64,000 nt of DNA from Trichoplax adhaerens (taxonomy: Eukaryota > Animalia > Placozoa): positions 1,387,983-1,451,982 of the forward strand of contig NW_002060948.1 in assembly GCF_000150275.1 (NCBI RefSeq), written 5' to 3'. Below the pieces are notes generated by a model. The model was not told the DNA's origin. It did no database searches and saw only the letters and a list, made by a program, of their open reading frames with translations. Positions 1 through 11,254 of the stretch are shown here, piece by piece (the stretch's first letter is position 1; every line of letters starts with the position of its first letter). Position numbers and translations under genes: made by a program.

Positions 1-140
1 AAATGAATTAATATACGATCCTATCTGTAATAAATTTATATTTTATATATTAACTCGTAAATAATTACGGTAGCATTACTATTTTTCATTGATTTAATAT
101 AAAATTTACATTTTACTCTAATTTATAATAGATTTTTAAG

Positions 141-1892
141 TTGTGAATCTCTAGAAAGTATCCCAAATCGACAATCTAGATCAGATACAAGTATAAATTT
201 GGATGAGGTACGGAGTTATTAACATTCATTGCAATATTGATGTTAATGTAATTTTTGAAAGAGTTCAGCTCTAGCTGAAAGAACCAGTTATCTTGCTATA
301 GTTAAGAATATTCTCTATGATTGCTTTAAGCTTTTAAGATATGTTGATCAACTACACCGTAATTATGACCCCAAAAGTCGCCGCAAAGCTTTAGATAAGT
401 TGAAAAGTATATATGGCAAGGTAAGCAAATTTGAAATTATCAATCTGTTTTACGTTGGCGGTTAACCCGCTACTGTTAATCATTTGTATAATAAAATTAT
501 GGTAGATTATAAAAAAATTTAAAAGCTATAATTGTATGTTAACATTGTAGAGCATCTTAATTTATCAAGTATGTAATATTTCATTAAGGATTGCCGAGAG
601 ATATCTTATAACTATTACAATCTCTAAACATTACCATATGCTGAAGATTATGTCTATTTCCTTTAATTGATCTTGTCGTGTGACTGAATAGAAAATTTTT
701 GTCGTACTTGTTTCACATTGGTCTCTCAAACTTCAAATATAGTATCAAGAAAATGTACAAGTATTATGGAGATATGCTAGAGCACACCTTGAACTATGTG
801 AATATGTCGATAAAGATGAAGCCAAAACACTAACATACAGTGCACTCGATATCGCCAAGAAAGTTCTATCTATCAATGATAGCTGTAGCGAAGGCCATAA
901 ATGGTAACGTAATCTACCAATTTAGTTCTCTAGTTGATTGTCGACAGAAAAAACTTTGATCCATTACAACGTGTTCTATCCTTTTTGATGTCTGATAATT
1001 TAGGTACGGAATAGCCTTAGGTGCTATTATATCGTATGAAGGTAACAAGAAAAAAATAGAACTAGGCTTTGAATTTAAGGTAGAAATGGATAGAGCAATC
1101 GAATTAAACCCCGAAGATCATGAAGTTATGGGTTACATAGGAAGGTGGTGCTATGAGGTAATTGAAATACCTTTTGTCATCATTTATGTAGATCATTGAA
1201 TTTGTGAACTTTCAATCTTAGTGTGCATCATTATCATGGTATGAGAAAAAAGCAGCACGACTAATTTATGGTGATCTGCCGTCTGCCACTATCAGTGAAG
1301 CTCGAGAATATTTAATTAAAGTAAGAACTGAAAGTTTGGGATATATTTTTCACTTATACAAGCTAGCTAAGTTACATGTTTAAAATAATTTATGGGTGTG
1401 ATATCTTATACAGGCAGATGGAATGCAGCCTGGATATTCCAAAAATACGAGACTTTACGTAGGAAAAGTATGTGTACTGATACTAGTGAATACTATTAGT
1501 TTAATTAAATCTTATGAATTTCAATACAGGTCTTAGTCATTGTTTAATTCATCTTCCTTTGGCAACTAACATGTATTGTTAATTTTCTAGTGTTACCTAT
1601 ATGATAAAGATTATAGAAATGCACGTCACTGGCTCTTACAAGCCAAAGAAGTTGCTACTATAACTTCGCAGGCAAGTCTAAACTCTAATTATTTTGTTAC
1701 TTGTGTCAGTAATAACAGATAATTTGTGATTTAAAATCTATATGAACTCCTATAAAATATAGAAATTTATTCTTTAGGTGAGCGACAAATTTAAAAAATT
1801 TACCAATTTTATAATATTTGATTTCATATCTTAATGATATTTAGGATAGAGAAGCAGAAAAGGAGATTGAAAAGTTACTCTTACAATGCTGA
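141..1892 (+). CDS. RMDN3: Regulator of microtubule dynamics protein (RMDN2/3, PTPIP51-like TPR protein), 5'-partial
   Basis: Spliced exons ~141-207, 331-420, 743-903, 1004-1157, 1222-1320, 1414-1467, 1591-1671, 1845-1892. They give VLWRYARA...EGHKWYGIALG...RAIELNPED...IGRWCYE...SLSWYEKKAARLIYGDLPSAT...YVGKCY, typical RMDN motifs closer to RMDN2/3 than RMDN1. Start lies upstream of the window; the first exon boundary is uncertain. Confidence 0.85.
1672..1844 (+). other. GC-AG intron (RMDN last intron)
   Basis: CAG|GCAAGT donor at 1672 keeps frame into the terminal exon DREAEKEIEKLLLQC*; the nearby GT at 1676 breaks frame. Confidence 0.75.
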
Positions 1893-4068
1893 TGGAGATC
1901 TATTCTGAATTGTTATTTTTTTGTACCCTCTTTTGGAAACGATTGTTGCCACCAAGTTATAAGCTGTCTGATTAATTAAAATCATATAGTTACCATGAAT
2001 TTTCATTTATGCTGCTATGCTATAATGGATAATATAATTACTTCAAAAGACATTATTATTTCTCTCCTACAAACTTGTACAGGATATAAATGAAAGATAT
2101 TTATTGATTTATTGATTTGGTTGATGAATAAGATTAACTACTTCACATCAACTAATTCATGTTAAGTAATATTTTAGTAACTACGTAGCGCTGCAATATT
2201 CATCGTAAAACTGTAAATGTATCGATTTTTTTGCGCATATAGACAATTTCGTCCATGGATTCTGTAACATGTTGTAAGAGAATGAATAAATTAATAAATC
2301 TGAATCCTATCATTTATAATATCTTACTGCTGTGCTAATAAACCAGCCACAAACGTGATGACATAGTCATTTTATGATCCAAATATTCACATAGCAATCA
2401 TTTCGTTAATCTGATACATTCATAATTGGAAAATTTTTAGTTTTAGTATTGTTGATAATATCTTAACTAATTTTTGATATTATTTCTAACCATATCTAAA
2501 GAACTGAGTACAAGTAACTACTAGAATGTTTTGATAGATTATAAGTTAAGGATATTCTTCAGATTTACTAGATGAAATTACTTTTGTTTTAACCTTGGCA
2601 GATCAAGATCAATAACCTATTACCGTACGCCTACTGCATTAGTGCTACTAATTATGCATCCCAAGGAATTTACCTTTGTTTAATGTAGATAGCTGCAACG
2701 CTGCTTTATAATATAATCAAAAATCAGGATAGTTTAATACCAGTAAATCTTATCATGTAAACTTTGAATGGCCTCTGATATACGGAAGGAGCCTCATAAG
2801 CTTTTATCTGATAGCAGATAAGCGTGATTTTGTAACATAGGCCGGCAACGAAGGGTAAATACGAGTTATCCTTTATGTTGTTAACTGACTATGATAATTG
2901 TAGTTAATTAAGATTACTAAAATTGTAGCGTCGGTACTCCAGACTGACTCAAAACCAATCAATCAACTAACCAATTTTACATGATTTAATTATTCGTTCA
3001 AATCATGTTGTGGAAGTATTCACTTCATTTTTATTCTACGATTTTAAACATTCGTTAAAGGAATGCATCTCAATTGAGTTTGAGCTATATTATCCTGCAC
3101 TTTATTCATGTAAAATTCAATAACTCGGCCGAAACCATTGACTAGTAAGACAGTAGCGTGAAATTTGTGCTTATCTTAATTTAATAAATATACAGATTAA
3201 TATGCACAAATAATAACCCATGTCTTCATCTTCAACGAGTCGGGCGATGTAACATTATTTTCAAATAAGATTTTAAGTAGCTAGCGTCAGCAAAAGTAAC
3301 CAATATTGGTCATGTTCTTAGGAGGCAAAAGTCTGGTGTAATCTATACATGTAAATTAACATTAATTTGCAAATTATCTGCATTTACACACCAACTATCT
3401 TAACTCAATGACGATCACGTTATTCTTATTTATCCACAGCATTAGGATACTTTCAGTATCTCTTACAGTTATATTTATAGGGAATCTCTACTTAAATTAT
3501 TACAGGAATTGTTTGTAGTTGCAGTATCATTTGCAACTTATAGTATATAGAAGTGAATGCAAATAAATTTAATTGATCCGCAATAAAAATGTTGGCTAAT
3601 AAGTCAGTAAGCAGTATTATAATAGGTAAGTGAAAAGAAAGAATTATTAAGAAGACCCTAGATCTGTTACTTAATAGATATTTTAGATAAGATTAAATTG
3701 ATCTCGCTCTGTAATAAATGTCTACTGCTACAAAAAATTTTACCCGTTTACCCGTATCGCATACTATATCAATTTATGTAAGATATTGTATTTACAGCCC
3801 CTATTGAAATATCTTACTTAAAATTCAGAATTAGGTTACAATGCAGTTTCTGCAGTTATACAGAGTGTTAAGCGATTCATTGATTATTTATAATAACTGT
3901 ATGAACCGTTGAAATAACGATAAGTAAAAACTGATTTAATATCAGAATCTATCACTTGGCAAACAGCGTAAACTTCAGTTCTAGTATTGCAGTAACTTTT
4001 AAGGTGCATAATTAAAACTATTAGTAACAGATTAAATATTAACCGATTCGAAATGGATAAGTCTCTGT

Positions 4069-6022
4069 TTATATATTATCTTCAATTTGTAGCTGTTCTA
4101 GAGGGCTATCGTCACTCGGTCCATGGCTTGTCCCAGGTGTCGGAGGGCTATTGCTGCGGAGTCCTCGATCAAAGTTAGATGCATTCAGAAAGTTGTTTAC
4201 ATTGTTGTTGCCTTGTTGATAGTTGTTTGATGAAGAATTTGTATCTGTCGATGGTCCAGTTATAGCGGTATTACCCCAAGTTACACAATGCCTACGTAAA
4301 GCAGCAGCCATAGCGGCATTATTTGATCGGGTCGCTAGTATAAATGTATCGTCCGGGGGTGTTCCACTACCACGATTTTCGTACAATAGCGCATTTAGTG
4401 TTTCCTCATAAATTTTAGCTTCCGGAAATTCTACTTTGGTTTGCTTTTTCTCGGTTGTATAGACAATTGAAGTGCAGCATACTTCGGCTAACTTACGCCC
4501 ATCAGCGTAAAATGACCAGCTGCAAATCTCGTTATTTCCCATCACGTCTTTCATAAAAATTATTCGACCATTAAATCGTAGCGATAACTTGTCAAACATT
4601 TCAATATTTTTTAGAAAATTTTCATCCGAAAAGCTAACATTGAATAAAATAATGCAACATATCTTTAATATCAATTTATAAAATCACAAAGTAATCTACA
4701 GCAGCACTGACTGTTATGCCTCTCTAAGCACCAGAGAAATTATTGAAAATCATGTCATTGATTTAATAGGGAATAACTTGACCCATAGAAATATCGTCGA
4801 CATCAATGATATACACGTACTGTACATACCTCGTATAGGAGTATTTGTTATTTGATCGATTATACAGTAACTTGATGCAAGGCTAAAATTAAACATTCAA
4901 GTTAAGATCAGGGATACAAGACCATGTATATAGACTTAACTGAATTCAATCTTTTTATATCATATACATATATTAAGTCATAATATAAAAGACTGTCTTG
5001 AACATGTTGGTTAATTTTGCTATGATACAGTTAGCACTCGATATCTTACCTTATTGGCAGCACTAACGATTTTTTGCTCTTCCTGAATAGAAGTGATGAT
5101 TGGTACACGGCAAATGGGGATATAGTGCCTATTTTTTCCCTCTAAATGCTTGAGTGTATCTTCACAAACTTTGGCTAAGTCTTCAATCAAGAAGTATTTG
5201 GCTTCCATCATTAATTCCTTACACTCCTCATAGGAATCCGTTAATATCGTAGTGCGATCGCGCAAATAATTTAGTATTTTACCGAAATGTTTACCATCTC
5301 GATCGATAAGTACCCAACCTGCATACAAGTACGAATGATGATAGGATCTATGAAATTACTCATTATAGCAGATATTATTGATTTAAAAGATTTTGTACTT
5401 TAGCTGTGTGATCCTATAGGATCACCATCAGTGAGTTAAACAAACTCCAAAAAAGACAATTATCATCATTTCTTAATGTGCTCTGGACACTAGTTAACAT
5501 TGAAAAACGTTCAAGCTAGGATTTGCAAAAATTTTCAATAGCGACTATATAATTTAAAAGATTAGATTTGTTAGTCAATACTGTTGAGCATAAGCAGGGT
5601 ACGATTCTATATTGTTACTACATTATTACATTTGAATGTTGTTGTAACTCATACTATCGAATATAGCACAGTAATAAGTAGAAAATGCATGCCGCTATAC
5701 GAGTATGGAGTACAGTATATTGTAATGAATGATATCCTGTTCGATAACAGCAGGAAAAAAAAAATTTGACTTGAAGGATATTAATGATAGTTTTATGTTG
5801 TTATTTATGAGTAGCCAATGTGATTACCACATAGTCGTTATTATTCTTACCTTCTGGATCAGTTAGGACTTCCATGCGGCCGCTAAACATTGCTCTTAGC
5901 ATATTATCTTGCTTAATCAGTGTAGCAAGGGTAGTATAATAAAGGCAGCCACCGACATTTAATTTAATATATTTAGATGGTGGTCCGGTGATGATGCTAT
6001 ATCTAACCGCCTGATCCGACAT
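4069..6022 (-). CDS. KCTD10: BTB/POZ CUL3 adaptor of the KCTD10/KCTD13/TNFAIP1 (BACURD) family
   Basis: Exons 6022-5851, 5318-5050, 4882-4830, 4633-4069. Motifs [91 protein letters not shown]. Confidence 0.95.
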
Positions 6023-6831
6023 CTTGATCCTAATGAATTTGAAAAATGTATTCAATTAAGATATAACTGACTAGTTCATGGTTGCAGTTGAATCTTCAGA
6101 ATATATTGAGTCAATGGGTAAGCATTCCAGTACTTCTGTAGACCGTGAGTACAGTATGTATGTACGTAAATTGACTTTTCAAACTTTAGTCATAGAAAAG
6201 TTGAGACAACCCAGTATCCTACTGCATATTCAGGTATGAGAGTAGTCTAGTAATGATTGTAATTGTCATTATTATTCTACGAGCATTATCATATTATTTT
6301 GATCATGAATATAAACCATTGGAAATGGGTAGTGTACCCATGTTAATACTGTACAGTATGATGGTAGCACTATCATTACTTTATGGTGACCTGTTCGATC
6401 TAAATGACAAACTTACTCCAAGATGTACTTTTAGCAGACGTGCAATATTAACAATAACCTCTATGTATACTGTACAGTAATGTGACATTGTCCATTTTTC
6501 AAACTGAAAGCTCGACTTGATAGTACAGTATATGGTATAACGGAAGCATTTTCTTTAATTACCGAGAGCACTATGCAATCTTTTCTTCTGGACTTATCAG
6601 AGAGTAATATGCAATCGCTTCTTCCAAGGTAATTTGCAGGTTCCACCACAATCTACTCGCTGTACAGTCTCGGTAGCTGGTGTAGCCTTGTATCATTCAA
6701 GAAGTAATCTCTGTCGATCACCAAATATTGAACAACAACGTTCCAATTCAGAAGATGGGACTGGCTTGCGATGTTGACAAAATGTCGCCTATCTAGGCCT
6801 GGCCTTCTTCTTCATGGAATACTGGATATGA

Positions 6832-7230
6832 CATATACAGTACATATACTGTACACTGTACAGTACGTGCCCTGTACTGTACCGTATTGCGTCAGAGACT
6901 AACTAGTACGGGCCTGTACTGTACAGTATTACGTCAGAGACTAACCGGCTATAGTTGCTGTCTACAGTAAAGGGTCTCTAGTCTACTACACGGTGTACAG
7001 TACTGTATGAGTCATGGTCGTACCTGAGAAATTTCGGTTTACAACCTACAGTACGTTGAGTATTCAGTATACAGTACTGTAGATTTACTATACTGTACTG
7101 TACTGAATACTCAACGTACTGTACTGTACGTACAGTACAGTACAGTACAGTATACTGAATACTGTACTCAACGTACAGTACGTACTGTACTGTACAATAC
7201 TGTAATACTGCGCTGTACAGTACTGTAACG
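6832..7230. repeat. (GTACA/TGTAC)n low-complexity array in the KCTD10/IFT20 bidirectional promoter, including a 33-bp direct repeat (6871-6903, 6913-6945)
   Basis: Dense tactgtac/gtacagta runs in both orientations; duplicated cctgtactgtac(c/a)gtatt(g/a)cgtcagagactaac. Confidence 0.9.
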
Positions 7231-7271
7231 TACCACCGGTAGATCCCAGTAGAATAAAGAATCCAATCGAC

Positions 7272-7284
7272 GTTGCTATGAGAC
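7272..7284. promoter_or_regulatory. Candidate RFX X-box upstream of IFT20
   Basis: GTTGCTATGAGAC about 20 nt before the IFT20 ATG; strong GTTGCYAT half-site; RFX regulation of IFT genes is established in animals. Confidence 0.55.
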
Positions 7285-7303
7285 AAAATACAGAAAAGAG
7301 AAG

Positions 7304-8611
7304 ATGGAGGACGACTCCGTATCACTTGGTAACGGATTATTCATCGATGAACTCTGCAAATTAAGAGTTTTAAATCCTGAAATTGCAACCCGAACACAGC
7401 AACTCAATGGAGAATGTAAAGAATTCGTTGATAGTAAGACTAAAATAGGGTTAAAATCGATAGGAAATACGATATACGTTATAATAGATAGGATATACAT
7501 CCTTACCAGTATGTGGTGTTGCCTGACGTATAAGTGCTGTATCATAATATCAATTTTACTGCCTTTCCCAATATAACGATAAGATTGAGAACTTAAAATT
7601 GAATTCATTACGATAAAAGAATTCTTCAGAAATTGCTTACCATGTCACTTTATTCCCTCGGTTTAGTAGTCAAGTGTAGAGGACTACGGTAGTAGAAGTC
7701 AACAAGTTCGCTTGACAACTTACGAGTATGAACCGTAAAATATTCGCCATTATTGCATTTTTGTAGTCGTTTTTCGTGTGTATTATACCTAAAAAACCTT
7801 CATGATGGGGTAACATGATATCGATAGTTATCATAAAAATTAGTAGTGTAGATGAACGTTACCTTTCTCCATGTTTCCTTCCTCCCCTAATGTTCCATTG
7901 ACACTTATTTATAAATGACAACCGTAGTAAACTTGTAATCTCTCAATTATAGAAATCAACGAATTTCAAAGGATTGTCGGTGGGTTCATTTCGATGGTTA
8001 GCGATTTGGCCACACAAGTGGAAAATGAGAAAATGAAGGTACTATAAAATTCTTATCTATCAGGTAGAATTGCTTGGAAGTCTTGGTCAAGCAAGTTGTA
8101 TAATTCTATGACGATTGTTAAACTTTAGAAAACATTCGCATACTTCGCAATAAATGATAGGTTAACAGTATTAGACTTTATTTGAGAGGTGTTTGGCAGT
8201 ACTTTACATGATGAACGCGGGGAATTATCTTCATAGACGGCAATATAAATCTCTATAATTGATAGATGATAATTTTGCGCAGTTGTCATCATCAAGCCGT
8301 AAATCTAAATTCTATAACCGTGCTATAAACTTGAATGATAACCTCTTTAGGCAATTGGATGTCGTAACCTTCTGAAGTCTATAGCCAAAGAAAGAGAAAC
8401 CAAAAGGCAGCAACTACTAGCTTTAATAACTGAGAAAAAAATGCAACTAGAACGGTAAGCTACTTCTAATCTTAATGGTATTAACTTAGCTTTTACTCAT
8501 TTCATGTTTTATTTTTTACATATTACTAGGTTAAATACCCAATATGAATCCCTACTAAAAGTTGAAGCGGATCAAAACGAGTTTATTGAACAGTTTATTA
8601 TGCAAAAATAA
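7304..8611 (+). CDS. IFT20: Intraflagellar transport protein 20
   Basis: Exons 7304-7433, 7953-8038, 8351-8454, 8530-8611. Translation includes [16 protein letters not shown]...[19 protein letters not shown]...[23 protein letters not shown]...[34 protein letters not shown]. Confidence 0.96.
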
Positions 8612-9263
8612 GCGTAAAATAGCATTTTAAAGTGCATATTGGCAAATTTTAAATTATGCTGAGTTATTCCCTGTTTGAAGCATTTCGATGTTTATAAAGT
8701 TTATTATCTTTCTAATGTAATTTAGGTTTTCACCAGCGTTACTACAATCGCACATAAATATTGTAATTTTGACCGGTATATTGCCATTTTTATCAGTGTA
8801 ATTGTCGGTAGCATAATACTTGTTTATTTCACATTTGGACCTTATGAAATAATGTACAAATTCAGATAGTGATCGTGTCACCTTATACTATGTTAAAGCT
8901 CGGGATTTACGAGGTAGGAATCAACTGTAGAATAAAATCTAGTACTTTTCAATACCATTACAATCCTGTAGAACTTAGCAAATTCATCAATAAAGAATTT
9001 GTTCGACGAAAGAATTGAAGTTGAAATCGTGCAATTACTAGTAGTCATCATTTTTAATACTGTAAATTTTTCAGAGTGAAAAACGGGCTTTCCGATCTTT
9101 CTGAGTAACCAGTAATAATTTTGCCTTTCTTAAATGAATAGAACCTGCCATCTATTTTAAGTATAGTAATTGAGATCAGATATAATCTTTAACCTTAGAA
9201 TATCTAATTGTAAAGTGCTTACCACTACAAGCTCTCAGTACATTGATATATTAGCTGACTGAT

Positions 9264-9371
9264 TATATGCAAACATTTACTGTTTTTATTATACACGAAC
9301 AGAAGGCTGCCAGAAGTTAATTCTAATGTAGAATGAACTGACTATATGCAAACATTTACTGTTTTTATTAT
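9264..9371. repeat. 29-bp exact direct repeat
   Basis: tatatgcaaacatttactgtttttattat at 9264-9292 and 9343-9371, between the convergent IFT20 and globin 3' ends. Confidence 0.85.
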
Positions 9372-9683
9372 TGATTAACCACCTGTTACTGTTAATACAC
9401 ATTATATCTTATTTTATTATATTGAATCAAATAGATACCATTGGAGTAGTAATCATACTCATATAGCAAATTGTTACAACAAAGTAGTTGACAGATAGTT
9501 GCCATTCTAATACATTCAACTAAAATTACTGCTAGAATTGCTAGAATTTATTTTACGCGATAACAGGCAGTTTCACAACATTGCCGAAATACAGTTGTGG
9601 GCATGCAGACAGAAAGGGAATTCGATGCGTTTCTGAATTTAAAGCCTGAATTCGTGTAATCCAATCGATGCCAAAGAATTCAT

Positions 9684-11254
9684 CTAATTCATTCCAGACT
9701 TCATAGCTGCAGTGATCATATCAAAAGTTTTTGACCAGGCTTCATGGACTTCTGGTGTGAAATTTTCTTGCAATTTATCGCTAAGAGTTTGTATAAGCGC
9801 TTGACCTACAGCCTTTTATAAAAGCAAATTATTCATTAATTTTATAAAGCACCGGATAAAACTGAGAAGGCTTCATAATCTACAAACTTGATTGTAAGAG
9901 CTTGTAGATTTATATAGAGATATTAAAACCGTCAGAAGAATGAAGACTTTTTTAGTGCCTCAGCGTTACTATCAGAATATCACGCTCCGTTTAGTTATTT
10001 GAAAATCATCCACGAGAATTGGATTGTTAAATGCTGCAGTTAAATTTTACGTACTTCTACAACTTCCATCAAGCTCAGATGGCAATAAATGTACAACCAA
10101 CCTGTAGTATTATATACTCAAGTCACTTAAAAAATCATAATTTCTAATGACATCACTAAAAAATCATCTAGTGTAGGCATTTCTATGTATAACCTGAATC
10201 AATTTGAAAGCGCAAGTGTAAACAATGAAAATCGAAAATAAAACGGTGGATTAATTAACAATAAACCAGCTCAATAATTATACCTAAGGGCAATTTAATA
10301 GATTACAATTCAGATTTTAACGGCCATAGTCCCCTTTGGTAAAAAATAACGTTTTTAAATAGCGTACACCGAGATTGGTGTACTGTACTGTACTTCGTAT
10401 ATCAAAAAAGCTAAATCAAGATAACAGTTTCTTGAGTTATTTTCTAATCAAAATTTTTATCAAGATTTAGATAAAATATAGTAAAGGGTAGCTTGACTCA
10501 AGTCAGATCGTCTGATAGCGAATGATTATTGTGTTGAGTTTAATCATCCCATACCCAGGTCTTTCTATCCTGACATTTTATCTAATAAAGCAATTGTATC
10601 TACAGTATGTCTATTTTAAATCGTTCTGAATAGAAAACAGATAATTACCTGAAAATTTTCAAATTTGATGGCTTTCCGGTGGTGAAATTGACCTAGTGTG
10701 CTCAATGCTGACTGCAACTCAGAAAATTGATCCAAATTTTGCACTGCTTTCCCTACAGTCTTCATGACTCCTGTAGCGTGCACTCGTAGTCGGACGTTGT
10801 CTGTTGTTGTTTCAAATGGAAAGACTTCTCGGTATTCAGGAGCTATAGTGAATAATCTTCATGATGACAAAAAAATGAATAAAATTTTTTTATTTCTGTA
10901 CTTATAAATCGTTAAATGTAAGTCGAACGTAATATGCGAGTGAATGTCAGCACAGTAATACGCCATTTATCGTCGACTGATTATAATTATGGAAAAAGCA
11001 AGTCAATTGACTAAACTAAAAAGGAGGAAGTGTATAACGCTCCTAGATAACTCTTCTATCGAAATCGTAATGAAATACACTCATTGACTGGTGAAGCTAG
11101 CAGGTATAGCAACTTACTTGGAAAATAAATAGAGTCCAACTTCGGACATGTTCTCCTCGACATCTTGCCAATTCTCTCGAATAATAGCTTTTTGTTCTTC
11201 GGTTAACGATGGTTGTGGCGGAGTTTGAACAGAATCGGTTTGAGCTTGATCCAT
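9684..11254 (-). CDS. Single-domain globin (neuroglobin-like), 157 aa
   Basis: Exons 11254-11118, 10856-10649, 9812-9684. SLTEEQKAIIRENW (A helix), LFTIAPEYREVFPF (C2 Pro, CD1 Phe), RVHATGVM (E7 His), LGQFHHR (F8 His), FQAVGQAL, FTPEVHEAW. Introns at canonical B12.2 and G7.0. Absent from the ORF track. Confidence 0.93.

Noticed and set aside
6978-7325. ORF rich in YCTVQYSTV-type repeats
   Set aside because: Translation of the GTACA array in a promoter region; no coding signal.
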